Of a stretch of DNA of 64,000 nt, positions 19,534-29,503 are shown piece after piece. The stretch lies in contig JAFLCG010000002.1 in assembly GCA_017303635.1 (NCBI GenBank), positions 156,918-220,917 of the forward strand. The letters are read 5' to 3'. Below the pieces are notes generated by a model. That model ran no database searches. It had not been told where the DNA came from and was given only the letters and a program-made list of their open reading frames with translations. Made by a program: the position numbers and the translations under genes. Each line of letters begins with the position of its first letter. The stretch's first letter is position 1. Origin of the DNA: Anaerolineae bacterium (GTDB lineage Bacteria > Chloroflexota > Anaerolineae > Aggregatilineales > Phototrophicaceae).

Positions 19534-20010
19534 TCACCGTTTGAGCAGAATCCACTCGACACTCGTCTGGGTCAGCGGCGTATCCTCGGTCAGGCTCATC
19601 AGTGTCACCTCGACCCTGAAGCGGGATTTGCGTCCCGTGCTCAACTCGGCCCGGACGCGCGCCTGCTCGGCCTCGCTCAAAGTCCCCCGCGCCCGTAGAT
19701 CGCCCCCGGCAGGAGCCTTGTAGGTGATGGTTGCCGTGGTCGCCAGGGGGACAGCCCCACTCATGATGAGATCGCCAAAAGCTGCAATTGCCATCGCGCC
19801 GGAAGCCGCCTCACACAGGGTGAACTGTACTCCGGCATGAATCGTACCGACGTGGTTGTGGTGTGCAGGATTTTCCTGGAGTTGGACCTGTGCGTAATCC
19901 GCCTCTGCATCGCTGACCTCGATACCCAAATGCCGGTTAAACGGCACCAAGTCCAGCAGCATCGTGCGCACTGTATTCACATCGGTCATAGTCATGCCCT
20001 CCAGCTTCAA
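19534..20010 (-). CDS. PaaI-family hotdog thioesterase
   Basis: FNRHLGIEV...HNHVGTIHAGVQFTLCEAASG. Alternative ATG starts at 19995 and 19989. Confidence 0.7.
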   Translation of the reverse strand: MKLEGMTMTDVNTVRTMLLDLVPFNRHLGIEVSDAEADYAQVQLQENPAHHNHVGTIHAGVQFTLCEAASGAMAIAAFGDLIMSGAVPLATTATITYKAPAGGDLRARGTLSEAEQARVRAELSTGRKSRFRVEVTLMSLTEDTPLTQTSVEWILLKR

Positions 20011-20567
20011 CCCGCAGTATACCGTTCCAAATCGATATCGGGTGACCAGGGGGTGCCATCCGGCAGACGTGTCGCTGTATCAAACTGAGTCCCGGTCAGC
20101 AGCGCGCCGGTCAGGATTGCGCCGGTTAGATCAGCTCCATGCAGGCGGCTGCCCCACAGGTTGATCCCCTGAAGCTGTGCCCCCCGGAAGGTCACCCCCG
20201 TCAAATCCGAATCAGGAATATACGCCCCTTGTCCATCAATTCCGACCAGCGAAGCACCCGTGAGCACACAATCCCGCAGGTTGGCTTCCCGCAGGATAGC
20301 CCCTTCCAGATCAACCTGCCGCAGGATGCCATTCCCCACATACGCCTTGGTCAAATCCACCCCGCGCAGATTCGCGCCTTCCAGGTCGACCATAGCCAGC
20401 GCCGCACCGCGCAGATTCGCGCCTTCCAGGGTCACACCCCGCAGCGTTCCATCGCGGAAGTGCCCCCGCGCCTTCAGTTCGGTCAGTGCGTCGAGTGCTT
20501 CTTTGTTATCGCGGCTGCTCAACCGCGCCAACAGAGCTGGAATCGACGGACGAAAGGGATTGAACAT
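20007..20567 (-). CDS. Pentapeptide repeat protein
   Basis: Long run of A(D/N)LxG repeats (LEGANLRGAALAMVDLEGANLRGVDL...). Overlaps the downstream gene by 4 nt. Confidence 0.85.
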   Translation of the reverse strand: MFNPFRPSIPALLARLSSRDNKEALDALTELKARGHFRDGTLRGVTLEGANLRGAALAMVDLEGANLRGVDLTKAYVGNGILRQVDLEGAILREANLRDCVLTGASLVGIDGQGAYIPDSDLTGVTFRGAQLQGINLWGSRLHGADLTGAILTGALLTGTQFDTATRLPDGTPWSPDIDLERYTAG

Positions 20568-20574
20568 GGTGACG

Positions 20575-21744
20575 CTATACGCTGCTGACCGCTTCCCGCA
20601 CCCGTTCTAACGCCTCATGCAACGTCGAACGCGGACAGCCCAGGTTGACGCGCACGAATCCCGTGCCTGCCTCCCCGAAAGCGGCACCGTCATTGAAAGC
20701 CACTTTGGCGTGTTCGAGAAGGAACTTGTAGGGTGACCCCGGCAGATTCAGGCTGCGGAAGTCCATCCAGGAAAGGTAGGTCGCTTCCGGGCGCGTGACG
20801 CTCACGTTCGGGAAATGCTGCTGTGTATACTCCACCAGAAAATCACGGTTGGCCCGCAAATACGGTAGTAACGAGTCCAGCCAGGATTGACACTGGGTAT
20901 AGGCGGCCAGTGCGCCGACAAAGCCCATCGGCCCCGGATGCGGCACCACGTAATCGGTCACTTTTTGGAAGCGCCCTCGTAGACCGGCATCCTGCGCAAT
21001 CGCAAAGCCCAGGCCCAAGGAAGGAATATTGAAGGTTTTGCTGGGAGCCATCAGGGTGATGGTCTGTGCCGCAACTTCCGGCGAGAGCGAGGCAATCGGG
21101 ATGTGCTTGACCTCATCGAGCAGCAAATCACAATGGATGTCGTCGGAGACGATCAGCAGTTTGTGGCGCAGGCAGAAGGCCGCGATTTGCTCCAGTTCAG
21201 CCCGGCTCCATGCCCGCCCCACCGGATTATGCGGATTACACAGCATAAAGACACGGGTGCTGGGCGTGATGGCGGCTTCCATCGCATCCAGATCCAGCTC
21301 GTAGCGGATCACCTGCCCATCCTGGGTCATCGCCAGCGGCGCGACGATCTGTGCACGGTCACAGGTTTTGGGGGATGCCAGGAATGGTGGATATACCGGG
21401 GTATTCATCAACACACCCTCGCCCTCGGCCGCGTAAGCGCGTGAACTCGCTGCCAGCGCACTCACCAGATTGGGCAGGAACAGAATGTCCCCCGGTTCAA
21501 TCGACCAATTATAGAGCCGGGCCATCCGTTCGACCAGCACCTGCCGCAGCGCCGGATCATCAAAGGCATAGCCAAATACCCCATGTTCAACCCGGTCTTT
21601 CAAGGCGTTCAGGATCGGCTCCGGCGAGGGGAAATCCATATCCGCCACCCACAGGGGGAGAACATCCGGGCCGTATAGCTCCCACTTGATGCTGCCGGTG
21701 CCGCGGCGTTCGAGGACGGTATCAAAGTTATAGGTGGCGGTCAT
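20575..21744 (-). CDS. MalY/PatB-type cystathionine beta-lyase (class I/II aminotransferase fold)
   Basis: RRGTGSIKWE...LPLWVADMDFPSP, NPHNPVGR and the PLP lysine region APSKTFN. Confidence 0.85.
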   Translation of the reverse strand: MTATYNFDTVLERRGTGSIKWELYGPDVLPLWVADMDFPSPEPILNALKDRVEHGVFGYAFDDPALRQVLVERMARLYNWSIEPGDILFLPNLVSALAASSRAYAAEGEGVLMNTPVYPPFLASPKTCDRAQIVAPLAMTQDGQVIRYELDLDAMEAAITPSTRVFMLCNPHNPVGRAWSRAELEQIAAFCLRHKLLIVSDDIHCDLLLDEVKHIPIASLSPEVAAQTITLMAPSKTFNIPSLGLGFAIAQDAGLRGRFQKVTDYVVPHPGPMGFVGALAAYTQCQSWLDSLLPYLRANRDFLVEYTQQHFPNVSVTRPEATYLSWMDFRSLNLPGSPYKFLLEHAKVAFNDGAAFGEAGTGFVRVNLGCPRSTLHEALERVREAVSSV

Positions 21745-21833
21745 GCTGGTTCCTTGCTGAAGTTGGATCGAAGTGTGGTCATTATGCGCGGGCGCATCCC
21801 GTTCGGCAAGGCAATTGCAAGACCAACTTCCAA

Positions 21834-23078
21834 TTAACCCAGTGTAAAAACGGTTGGGGGTAGGATCGGGGTGAATGGTGTGTTGACACTGGATCCCAGT
21901 TCAGGCGAATTCAAGATAATGGGCGATAAGTGCGTGGCAGGCAATTTCGTCAGGGTAGACACCGATACTTCATCATCATTGAATTGGTAGTGCAAGATTG
22001 GCTGTTCTTCGCTATCTCCTGCAGGCCCTAACATGATCCAGCCATCCGGTGTGCCCGTCAAAAAGTCACTAAACCGATCAACTTCAATATCAATCCGTTC
22101 CCCGTCTCGGTGCAACACAAACGTCTCTGAATCATTAGACCCGGTTGTGCGAACGAAAAGAGCATGTCCATCAGCTACCCAATGGGATTCAACTCGAAAC
22201 TCATTCCATTCGCCCCAAAAGGTATCGAAGTTGTAGATCAAGGTTGGGTTCTCATACCATCCAGTTGTGGAGGGTTCTGGCACCCACGCCAGCACATACA
22301 TACCAATTGGAGGATTCATATTGGTTGCCTCAGGGTAAGCGGGATAATACAGGTATGGCGTGACGTATTCACCTGTGAATGCCAACCGATCACCATAGTC
22401 GGTTTGGTTGTCCCAAAGGGCTGTTCGTTCCCATGTTATCTGGTCGTTGAAAGGCTGCCGTATCCGCCGCGTACCTGGCACCATCGGCTTCATGCACGAA
22501 TCCCCTTCTCTGCACCAGTGAATATCAGTCGAGGCAATACCTTCAGGAGTCCATTGCACGTTTATTTCATCGTTTTCGGGGAAATCTCCCGCCTTTGCCG
22601 AAATGAGGGTTTCTGGGTCAACAAGGTAGGTTTCATAGGACAGAAAAACCGGATACGGTTCGTATTGGAGGTTAGGATCTGTTTCTGGCGGGAGATATAC
22701 CGCCAACGCATTATCCGGGCTGAAACCAATCAGTCGGATCCACTCCCGATTCGGTGTTTCAGCAATCTGATCAGGGTGGATTTCGACGCAACAGGAATTC
22801 CTTTGGAGATCACCCAGATAAATCACCGTTGTAGCGTTTGGTTCTCGTTGGTTAAAGGCAATCCAGCGACCATCAGGCGAAAGGTGAATATTTGCCCAAA
22901 TCATTTCCTTAAGCTCAACAGGTATAGCTTCTTGCTTTACAAGTCCTTCTGCCGAAATGGTTTGAAGGTATTCAGAACCGGGAACATACAACGTAAATTC
23001 CCAAAGGTTAGTATCTGATTGAGCATAAGTAGTTAGGGTAAGACAAAACATCATGGCGATAATGATGAAAACGCGCAT
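21834..23078 (-). CDS. Secreted hypothetical protein (AT-richer island), weak PD40-like motifs
   Basis: Signal peptide MRVFIIIAMMFCLTLTTYAQS, then LSPDGRWIAF and GFSPDNALAV. No catalytic motif recognised. Confidence 0.6.
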   Translation of the reverse strand: MRVFIIIAMMFCLTLTTYAQSDTNLWEFTLYVPGSEYLQTISAEGLVKQEAIPVELKEMIWANIHLSPDGRWIAFNQREPNATTVIYLGDLQRNSCCVEIHPDQIAETPNREWIRLIGFSPDNALAVYLPPETDPNLQYEPYPVFLSYETYLVDPETLISAKAGDFPENDEINVQWTPEGIASTDIHWCREGDSCMKPMVPGTRRIRQPFNDQITWERTALWDNQTDYGDRLAFTGEYVTPYLYYPAYPEATNMNPPIGMYVLAWVPEPSTTGWYENPTLIYNFDTFWGEWNEFRVESHWVADGHALFVRTTGSNDSETFVLHRDGERIDIEVDRFSDFLTGTPDGWIMLGPAGDSEEQPILHYQFNDDEVSVSTLTKLPATHLSPIILNSPELGSSVNTPFTPILPPTVFTLG

Positions 23079-23213
23079 AAATGTTCCTCATGGTGATACT
23101 AATTCATATGATGTCTACTTTATCATGGGGCCAGGTATCAGTTGCATAATCATCGGTTTATCATTGGGTAGGGTACGCTAGAATAGAACGCATGCAATGA
23201 TGAGGATACTCAT

Positions 23214-23795
23214 ATGCTGGCACGCAAACTCGATAACCTCATGACTGAGGCAGCCTATCTCGAATTGGAACGTACCGCAGAGGTTCGCCATCAATGGATT
23301 GATGGCGAAGTTTTTGCAATGGCGGGTGCCTCCGAAGAACACAGTTTGATCGGCAGCAATCTGATTACAACATTGAGTGTTCAAACCCGTTCACGCCGCT
23401 GCCGCGTTCATGGAAGCGACCGCCTCATCAAAACAGGTAATGGCAACTATACCTATGCCGACGTAGCTGCACTGTGTGGTCAACCGGAAATCACGACACC
23501 CCATCCTTCGGCATTGCTAAACCCCAGCCTCATCATTGAAATACTATCACCCTCGACCCAAACCTATGATCGCGGTGACAAGTTCGAACATTACCGCACG
23601 ATCCCATCTCTGATCGATTATGTTCTGGTCGCCCAAAGTAAAATACATATCGAAACTCGCGTCCGGCAAATCGATGGGAGTTGGCTGATTCGGCACTATA
23701 TCACGATGGATTCAACCATACACCTGGAATCAATCGATGCTAGCCTGCTTGTGAGTGAAGTCTATCGCAATATTTTCGACAATGACCCGGAGTAA
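23214..23795 (+). CDS. Uma2 family (DUF820) endonuclease
   Basis: YLELERTAEVRHQWIDGEVFAMAGASEEHS...PSLIIEILSPST...DRGDKFEHY. Confidence 0.8.
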   Translation: MLARKLDNLMTEAAYLELERTAEVRHQWIDGEVFAMAGASEEHSLIGSNLITTLSVQTRSRRCRVHGSDRLIKTGNGNYTYADVAALCGQPEITTPHPSALLNPSLIIEILSPSTQTYDRGDKFEHYRTIPSLIDYVLVAQSKIHIETRVRQIDGSWLIRHYITMDSTIHLESIDASLLVSEVYRNIFDNDPE

Positions 23796-23797
23796 CT

Positions 23798-24196
23798 GTG
23801 ATGATTGACCGTGCCATGATCTTCGGGCTGGCGGCCTCGGTAGGCGTACTCCTGCTGGTACTGGAACTCGTCCGCCGTCGCCGCCTAAAGGAAGAATACT
23901 CGCTGCTCTGGCTGGCAACGGCGCTGGCGATTCTGTTCCTTAGCATCTCACGCCCACTGTTAGACACACTGGCCGGGTTGGTCGGCATTTTCTACCCGCC
24001 CAGTGCGCTGTTTTTGGTTGCGATGGTCTTTGTGCTGTTCATTCTGTTGCACTTTTCGACAGTGCTGACGCGGCTCTCCCAGGAGTCGAAGGAGAATGCT
24101 CAGCAGATTGCCCTGTTGCGCTGGCAATTGGAGCAGGCACAGAAGCAGTTGGCGACACACAACAAGCCGGAATCGTCATCCACCCCTGAACTATAA
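23798..24196 (+). CDS. DUF2304 membrane protein
   Basis: LVRRRRLKEEYSLLWL motif plus three TM helices and a C-terminal coiled region. Confidence 0.65.
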   Translation: MMIDRAMIFGLAASVGVLLLVLELVRRRRLKEEYSLLWLATALAILFLSISRPLLDTLAGLVGIFYPPSALFLVAMVFVLFILLHFSTVLTRLSQESKENAQQIALLRWQLEQAQKQLATHNKPESSSTPEL

Positions 24197-24232
24197 TTGA
24201 GTGTGATGGTTCGCTGAGTCTGTGCGGATCAC

Positions 24233-25048
24233 TCAATCGCGTAGGCTACGCTCGGTACGATAGCGCTCCACCAGCGCATCAGCTTCGGCTACACCTGACT
24301 CCGGGATAGTGACCGGAACCGCATGGAGCATACTGCCGCCTCTGGGGAGGGCGTATTTGATGTAGAAAGAGATAACCTGTTTCTTTTTGGAAAAGCTAAT
24401 GCCGCCCAGGTTCCGTAGAGAGGTGTGCCCATCGACCTGATGATAAAAGCCATAAGGGCCGAAACATATCCAGGGCACAGTCAACTGGCGGGCGGCTTCC
24501 AGTTTGGCCTCCCACTTGCGCCGTTCCCGCCCGGCACCCACCACTGACAGGGCAACCGCCAGCAGTGCAAAGAAGATCGCCAGACCGATCACAAAGGTGC
24601 GTATAGAGGGTGGCATCTCATCCCCGGCAATGACTGCCGGCAACAGTGCGCTTCCCCCGATGATGATCCCAGCAATTCCGCCTAGCCACGGTGTAAATCG
24701 TTGGAAGCGCACCCGTTTCTCATGGTCTTGCTGGCGCTGCCGGAGTTCCTGCTGCCAGTCAGCGATTGACCATTGCCAGACGGCCCAGGCCGCCCCAGTG
24801 AACAGCGACTCGGCATCCCGGCGCTCACGTTCGACGATGCGGCGATTGTTTAGACCAATCACTGTGACCAAGAGCAACCAGAATAGGCCGAGGGTAGCCA
24901 GCAGACCGAGGAGTTCCTGCACCCCTCCACCCAGAGTCAGGATGGCAGTGATCGCAATACCCAGGATGAGTGCTGCCGCACCCACTGCCGAGTAAAAATC
25001 GTTGTAATTCTTTTCGAGATGGAGAACGGCAGGTCGCCTGGGAGTCAC
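24233..25048 (-). CDS. Hypothetical multi-pass membrane protein
   Basis: Four hydrophobic helices separated by an Arg/Gln-rich loop. Lies 22 nt downstream of the short TPR-TM gene. Confidence 0.5.
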   Translation of the reverse strand: MTPRRPAVLHLEKNYNDFYSAVGAAALILGIAITAILTLGGGVQELLGLLATLGLFWLLLVTVIGLNNRRIVERERRDAESLFTGAAWAVWQWSIADWQQELRQRQQDHEKRVRFQRFTPWLGGIAGIIIGGSALLPAVIAGDEMPPSIRTFVIGLAIFFALLAVALSVVGAGRERRKWEAKLEAARQLTVPWICFGPYGFYHQVDGHTSLRNLGGISFSKKKQVISFYIKYALPRGGSMLHAVPVTIPESGVAEADALVERYRTERSLRD

Positions 25049-25070
25049 AGGGTTTTCCGAAACGTGAACC

Positions 25071-25508
25071 TCAAATAATGCCGCTATACCAGATGATGCT
25101 GGCTAGAACCCCGAACATCACCCCGGATAGACCCACGGCGATTCCCAGCAGGATGGCATTGATGAGTAAGCGCCGCCGATGCTTTTGCCAGCGTTCCTTT
25201 TTGCGGCTGATCTCTTCCTGATGTTCCTGTCGCCGCCGCATCGAGGCTTCCAGACGACCTAACGTCCGCCGTGCCTGCACATTCAAAGGATTGATCGAAA
25301 GGATATTTTGCAGGCAAACCCGCCGGTCGTTATCGCCTTCCAGCACATCCAGCAGTGCCAACCAGACCTGTTCATCATAGGGGTTGATGTTGGCTGCTTC
25401 GCGCCAAAGGTCATGCGCTGTCTTACGTTTTCCGGCTGTGAACGCCTTTCGCCCGGCCTGCATCAGTTCGGCGAAGTTCAGCACACCTTGTTGGCTCATC
25501 GCTTGCAT
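25071..25508 (-). CDS. Short TPR-like module + C-terminal TM anchor (paralog family member)
   Basis: [51 protein letters not shown], then the TM segment LLINAILLGIAVGLSGVMFGVLASII. Confidence 0.6.
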   Translation of the reverse strand: MQAMSQQGVLNFAELMQAGRKAFTAGKRKTAHDLWREAANINPYDEQVWLALLDVLEGDNDRRVCLQNILSINPLNVQARRTLGRLEASMRRRQEHQEEISRKKERWQKHRRRLLINAILLGIAVGLSGVMFGVLASIIWYSGII

Positions 25509-25682
25509 CCCGCCCTGTTCCGCTGAAAGTCAATCGACTACGCTGAGTTATACCACTAAACTCAAACGGTTTCCCCAGATTTCCACCCCGCCCGGTACTC
25601 ATGTACCAATCGGGCGGGTAACATACCGTCTATAGCAATTCAACAATGCCCTGGTACCCAGCACCTTATATGCAGCACTGCC

Positions 25683-27185
25683 TTACCCCTGCCATGCGCT
25701 GGGGAACGCATCATCCGGGCCTGCCGTCACTTGCCCCAGCGTATTCGTCACCAGATCATACGTGAAGATCATGTAACGTCCATTCCGGTTGCTGGCAAAG
25801 GCCAGGATGCGTCCATCCGGACTGAAGACCGGGAAAATGTCATTGGCATTGTTCGGGTCCGGCACCGGCAGGATCGGCGTACCACTGGCGCTGGCCGGAC
25901 GGATGACGATGTCATAGTCGCCAACGTTCTCCCCTTCATACGCCGTATAGACGAGTTGGGTGCCATCCGGCGAGAAACGCGGCGAGGCCTCGGTCACCCG
26001 GTTCAGATCATTGGTGATCGGGGTCTGCGCCCGTGATGCGATGTCAATGAAGACCAGGTCACTCCCCGGTGTCAGATTGGTGGGATCTTCCTTGACGACC
26101 ACTACCCGGCTGCAATCCGGGTCGAATGAAGGTGAACTATAGTTCAGCCGGTCGCTGGTCAGCGGGCTCAGTGTATTCGTGTCCAGGTCAAAGAGGAATA
26201 GTTGTATCGGTACGTTGAACAGATCAGTGCTGAATTCCTGAATGTTTGTCGGCTTACCCACGAAGACAATCTGGTTATTGAGTGGGCACCAGGTCGGCAT
26301 CTCCGAATCAACGACCGGCTGACCGATGAGCGGTTGGGTCGGTTCATTCCCTGCCACATTATTGATTTCGATGCTGTAATCAGAAGTTACCGGGAAGTAG
26401 CGGGTATAGGCCATGCGAGTGCCATCCCCGTTCAGGACAATCGCTCGCCCCCGTTCATTGGATAGCGGTGTAAATTGCCCGCCCGGCACCGTAAAGAATC
26501 CCAGACTGTAGAAGTTAATCTGGGTCACATCAGTGCCACCCCAGCCATAGAGCCGCCCGCCCGCGCCTTCCGGTGGAGGCAATGGGGTAGCGGTCACTGG
26601 TGGCGTGACGGTGAAGGTGGGCGTGAACTCCGGCGGTAGTGTGGCACGATCCGGCGTTTCAGTAGCGGTCGGTGTAGGAGAAGCAATGGCGATTTGTGTT
26701 TCAGCAACACTGGTCGCATTAGCGAAACTGTCCAGTGCCACCTGCGTTTGCCCGCTGATGATGGCTTGAGCAGCCGCCGTTTCCTGTGCGATGCCTGCGT
26801 TACGACCGCCCACCACTGCCAGGAAGACACCAATCACCAGCAGGATGACCAGCGCGCCACCTCCGCCGAAGATCATCAACTGGCGGCGAGTCACACCGGG
26901 GATCACTTCCGGCTCGACGCGCTGGAGCTTGCCACCCTTGGCCTCCAGTTGCTCCAGCAGTTGTTTAGCTTTCTCATTATTCGGGTTGATCTGCAAGACC
27001 TGCCCCAGCGCGAACAACCGCTCCTCACGAGTCGGGACGACGCCTGCCAGCCAGTACCAGGCTTTCTCGTTCCGGTCATCAATCTCCAGCGCTTGCTCGA
27101 AGATCTGCCGTGCCTCTTCTTTTTTGCCCTCGCGGGCCAGTTCGATGCCCTGCCGCAGTAGATCTTGCAGATTGTTTTCGCTCAC
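25683..27185 (-). CDS. TPR-like module + TM + TolB/PD40 beta-propeller protein
   Basis: N-terminal EEARQIFEQALEIDDRNEKAWYWLAGVV..EERLFALGQVLQINPNNEKAKQLL, a TM segment, a Thr/Pro linker, then PD40 repeats (FSPDGTQLVY, FSPDGRILAF). Confidence 0.75.
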   Translation of the reverse strand: MSENNLQDLLRQGIELAREGKKEEARQIFEQALEIDDRNEKAWYWLAGVVPTREERLFALGQVLQINPNNEKAKQLLEQLEAKGGKLQRVEPEVIPGVTRRQLMIFGGGGALVILLVIGVFLAVVGGRNAGIAQETAAAQAIISGQTQVALDSFANATSVAETQIAIASPTPTATETPDRATLPPEFTPTFTVTPPVTATPLPPPEGAGGRLYGWGGTDVTQINFYSLGFFTVPGGQFTPLSNERGRAIVLNGDGTRMAYTRYFPVTSDYSIEINNVAGNEPTQPLIGQPVVDSEMPTWCPLNNQIVFVGKPTNIQEFSTDLFNVPIQLFLFDLDTNTLSPLTSDRLNYSSPSFDPDCSRVVVVKEDPTNLTPGSDLVFIDIASRAQTPITNDLNRVTEASPRFSPDGTQLVYTAYEGENVGDYDIVIRPASASGTPILPVPDPNNANDIFPVFSPDGRILAFASNRNGRYMIFTYDLVTNTLGQVTAGPDDAFPSAWQG

Positions 27186-27202
27186 CGCTTCATCCCTTAA
27201 AT

Positions 27203-27237
27203 CAGTGCACAGTACAAAGTTCGCAGTTCACAGTGGC
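27203..27237. repeat. Short heptamer tandem (CAGTnCA-like, 5 units)
   Basis: cagtgca cagtaca aagttcg cagttca cagtggc. Confidence 0.5.
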
Positions 27238-27302
27238 AATCGACATTCCAAGGATTAAATCGCCAGTCACGCACCCTCAGTTCGTCTTTTGAGGGCCTTG
27301 CA

Positions 27303-28874
27303 CTACCGGAACAGCGCATCCCGCTGGGGCCGGAAGGTTAATGATACCAAGTTGAACGGGCTGTCCTCAAGCAGGGTAATCGGCCCGCCGTTGATGTCCA
27401 CCGCATACAACTTGAAGGTTTCGCCGTTGTCTTCCCGGTTGGAACTGAAGACCACATCGCGTCCGTTGGGCATAAACGCTGGAATACGATCTTCCGCCCC
27501 GGCATCATCCACCGTCAACAGCACCAGCGCCTGACCGTCCGCATCCATTATGAAGATGTCGCTGTCGCCGTTGCGATCACTGGCAAAGACGATGCGTGTC
27601 CCGGCAGGCGACCAGGCCGGGGTATAGCTGCTGTTGGCGGCATCCGTCATCTGCTCAATGGTTTCACCATCTGGCGTCACGCTGAAAATTTCTGTCACGC
27701 CGGAGTCCGGGCCGTTCGCCTGGTCGGACACAAACAGGATGACATCCCCGTTGGGCGACCACGCCGGTTGGGTATCCACCCCGGTATTATCAGTCAGACG
27801 CTGCGGCTCGGTGCCATCGGCATTGATGCGCCAGATATCCAGGTTGCCACGCGCGCTGGAAGCCACTGCCAGTTGCCGACCATCCGGCGACCAGGTGGGG
27901 CTGTACATCTCCTCACCTTCAAGCCGTGTGACCTGCCGCGCATTGTACACATCGTTGACCGACGCGATGAAAAGCTCCGCGGCGGTCACGCTGGTGCCAG
28001 CCGCATTTTCATAGGTCACGGTGCGGACGAAAGCGATCTGCTCGCCGTCCGGTGAGTAGGCCGGGTCCTGGAAGCCGGGGTCGCTGGTGCCGATCACCTG
28101 CTGACCAACGCCGCTGCCGCTGGCAGACCACAGCGCTGGCCCAATCCCTCCATCATCAATGCCGAACAGCATTGTATAGGTCGAAGGCGGCAGATAGGTC
28201 GCGCTCGGCTGGGGGGTGAGGCTGGGCGTGATCGTCGCCGTCGGGGTAAAGGTCGGCGGGAAAGTCGGTTGTGTGTTCGGACGCGGCGTAACAATCACGC
28301 CGGTGAAGCGTGTCGCAGTCGCAGTCGGGCGCGGCCCGCTCAGCGAACCCTGGACGCTGCCGGGATCAATCGTGCTGAGCAGCACCGCGACCTGCGCCGT
28401 TTGCGTGGCATTCAGATCGGGCAGGGCCGGGGCCTGCGTCCCCGTGCCGCTGGCGAACAACACAAACACCACCAACGCCCCGGCCACCAACAACAGACCG
28501 ATGACGTACATGGGATTCAGCGGTTCCCGGCCCCGGTCGACCGGCGACCGGCGCGCTGGTCGTGTAGCGACCCGGTTCGCCCCCCCCACCGGACGCGCCG
28601 ATGGCGAGGGTGCGGCGGAAGGCCCTGCCACTCGATCCAACTGTGCTAATGCATCTTTGGCGCGGCTATTGCCGGGATTCACCCGCAGCGTTTGCTCCAG
28701 GCAGCGGCGGCGTTCCTCCAGCGTGTCCGAAACCGAAGCCTGCCACATCCAGGCGACCTCGTTCTTCGGGTCGCTGAGTGTCACCTGCCGGAATAAGCGC
28801 AGCGCGGTGGCTTTATCGCCTGCCCGTGCCGCCTCAATCCCAGCCTTGAGGGTTTCCTGATTACTTCCAGCCAA
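27303..28874 (-). CDS. TPR-like module + TM + TolB/PD40 beta-propeller protein (paralog)
   Basis: ATALRLFRQVTLSDPKNEVAWMWQASVSDTLEERRRCLEQTLRVNPGNSRAKDAL, a TM segment, then YSPDGEQIAF, WSPDGRQLAV, WSPNGDVILF and WSPAGTRIVF. Confidence 0.75.
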   Translation of the reverse strand: MAGSNQETLKAGIEAARAGDKATALRLFRQVTLSDPKNEVAWMWQASVSDTLEERRRCLEQTLRVNPGNSRAKDALAQLDRVAGPSAAPSPSARPVGGANRVATRPARRSPVDRGREPLNPMYVIGLLLVAGALVVFVLFASGTGTQAPALPDLNATQTAQVAVLLSTIDPGSVQGSLSGPRPTATATRFTGVIVTPRPNTQPTFPPTFTPTATITPSLTPQPSATYLPPSTYTMLFGIDDGGIGPALWSASGSGVGQQVIGTSDPGFQDPAYSPDGEQIAFVRTVTYENAAGTSVTAAELFIASVNDVYNARQVTRLEGEEMYSPTWSPDGRQLAVASSARGNLDIWRINADGTEPQRLTDNTGVDTQPAWSPNGDVILFVSDQANGPDSGVTEIFSVTPDGETIEQMTDAANSSYTPAWSPAGTRIVFASDRNGDSDIFIMDADGQALVLLTVDDAGAEDRIPAFMPNGRDVVFSSNREDNGETFKLYAVDINGGPITLLEDSPFNLVSLTFRPQRDALFR

Positions 28875-28899
28875 GGGGTTTACTCCCGGTTGTGCCGAT

Positions 28900-29274
28900 C
28901 TAACGGAAGAGGAAGAGTGCGGCCACCAGCACCAGCGCCAGCACGATCAACACCCCGGCGATCATGCCGAAGATGAGCAGCGTGCGGTTTTCGTTCGCGC
29001 TGCGGCTGTAGGCCATCTTCTGCAGCGCCTGCCGGGCCGTTTCATTATCCGGGTTGATCGCCAGCACCCGGTCGAGCCACTGCTTACGCTCGCTCTTCTT
29101 CTCCGCCAGCTTCGCCATCCACATCATGGCGCGTTCATTCTTTTTGTCCTGCGCCAGGATCTGCTCGAACATCATCTTCGCACTATCCGCATTGCCTTCT
29201 TTGGCAGCGCGGATCGCCAATTGCAGCAGTTCTTCGCGGTTCGGGCCGCCGGAAGCCATAAACGCCATAGTCAC
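28900..29274 (-). CDS. Short TPR-like module + C-terminal TM anchor (paralog)
   Basis: [54 protein letters not shown], then the TM segment [25 protein letters not shown]. Confidence 0.6.
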   Translation of the reverse strand: MTMAFMASGGPNREELLQLAIRAAKEGNADSAKMMFEQILAQDKKNERAMMWMAKLAEKKSERKQWLDRVLAINPDNETARQALQKMAYSRSANENRTLLIFGMIAGVLIVLALVLVAALFLFR

Positions 29275-29503
29275 AACCTCTGCTTACGTACTTGCATCAG
29301 GGTACAGGTTCATTGTACGTCAAATTCGGTCAGTGACGAGTCAAGATCATGGCACAAGTCGATTGGAAGCCAGTGGACTTGATTATTCCAGTCCATGCCA
29401 TTCACGTTACAGGAACACCAATCATAACTGTCTGGCACCCTCCCCGCCTTCGGGGTATCCTTCAACAGAAACGAAATGCAGAGACAGGAGCAAATCCCGC
29501 ATC

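Noticed and set aside
29054-29503. N-terminal 150-codon extension of the Pat-like ORF
   Set aside because: It overlaps the divergent TPR-TM gene on the other strand and translates to Ser/Cys-rich nonsense. Family homology begins at ATG 29504.
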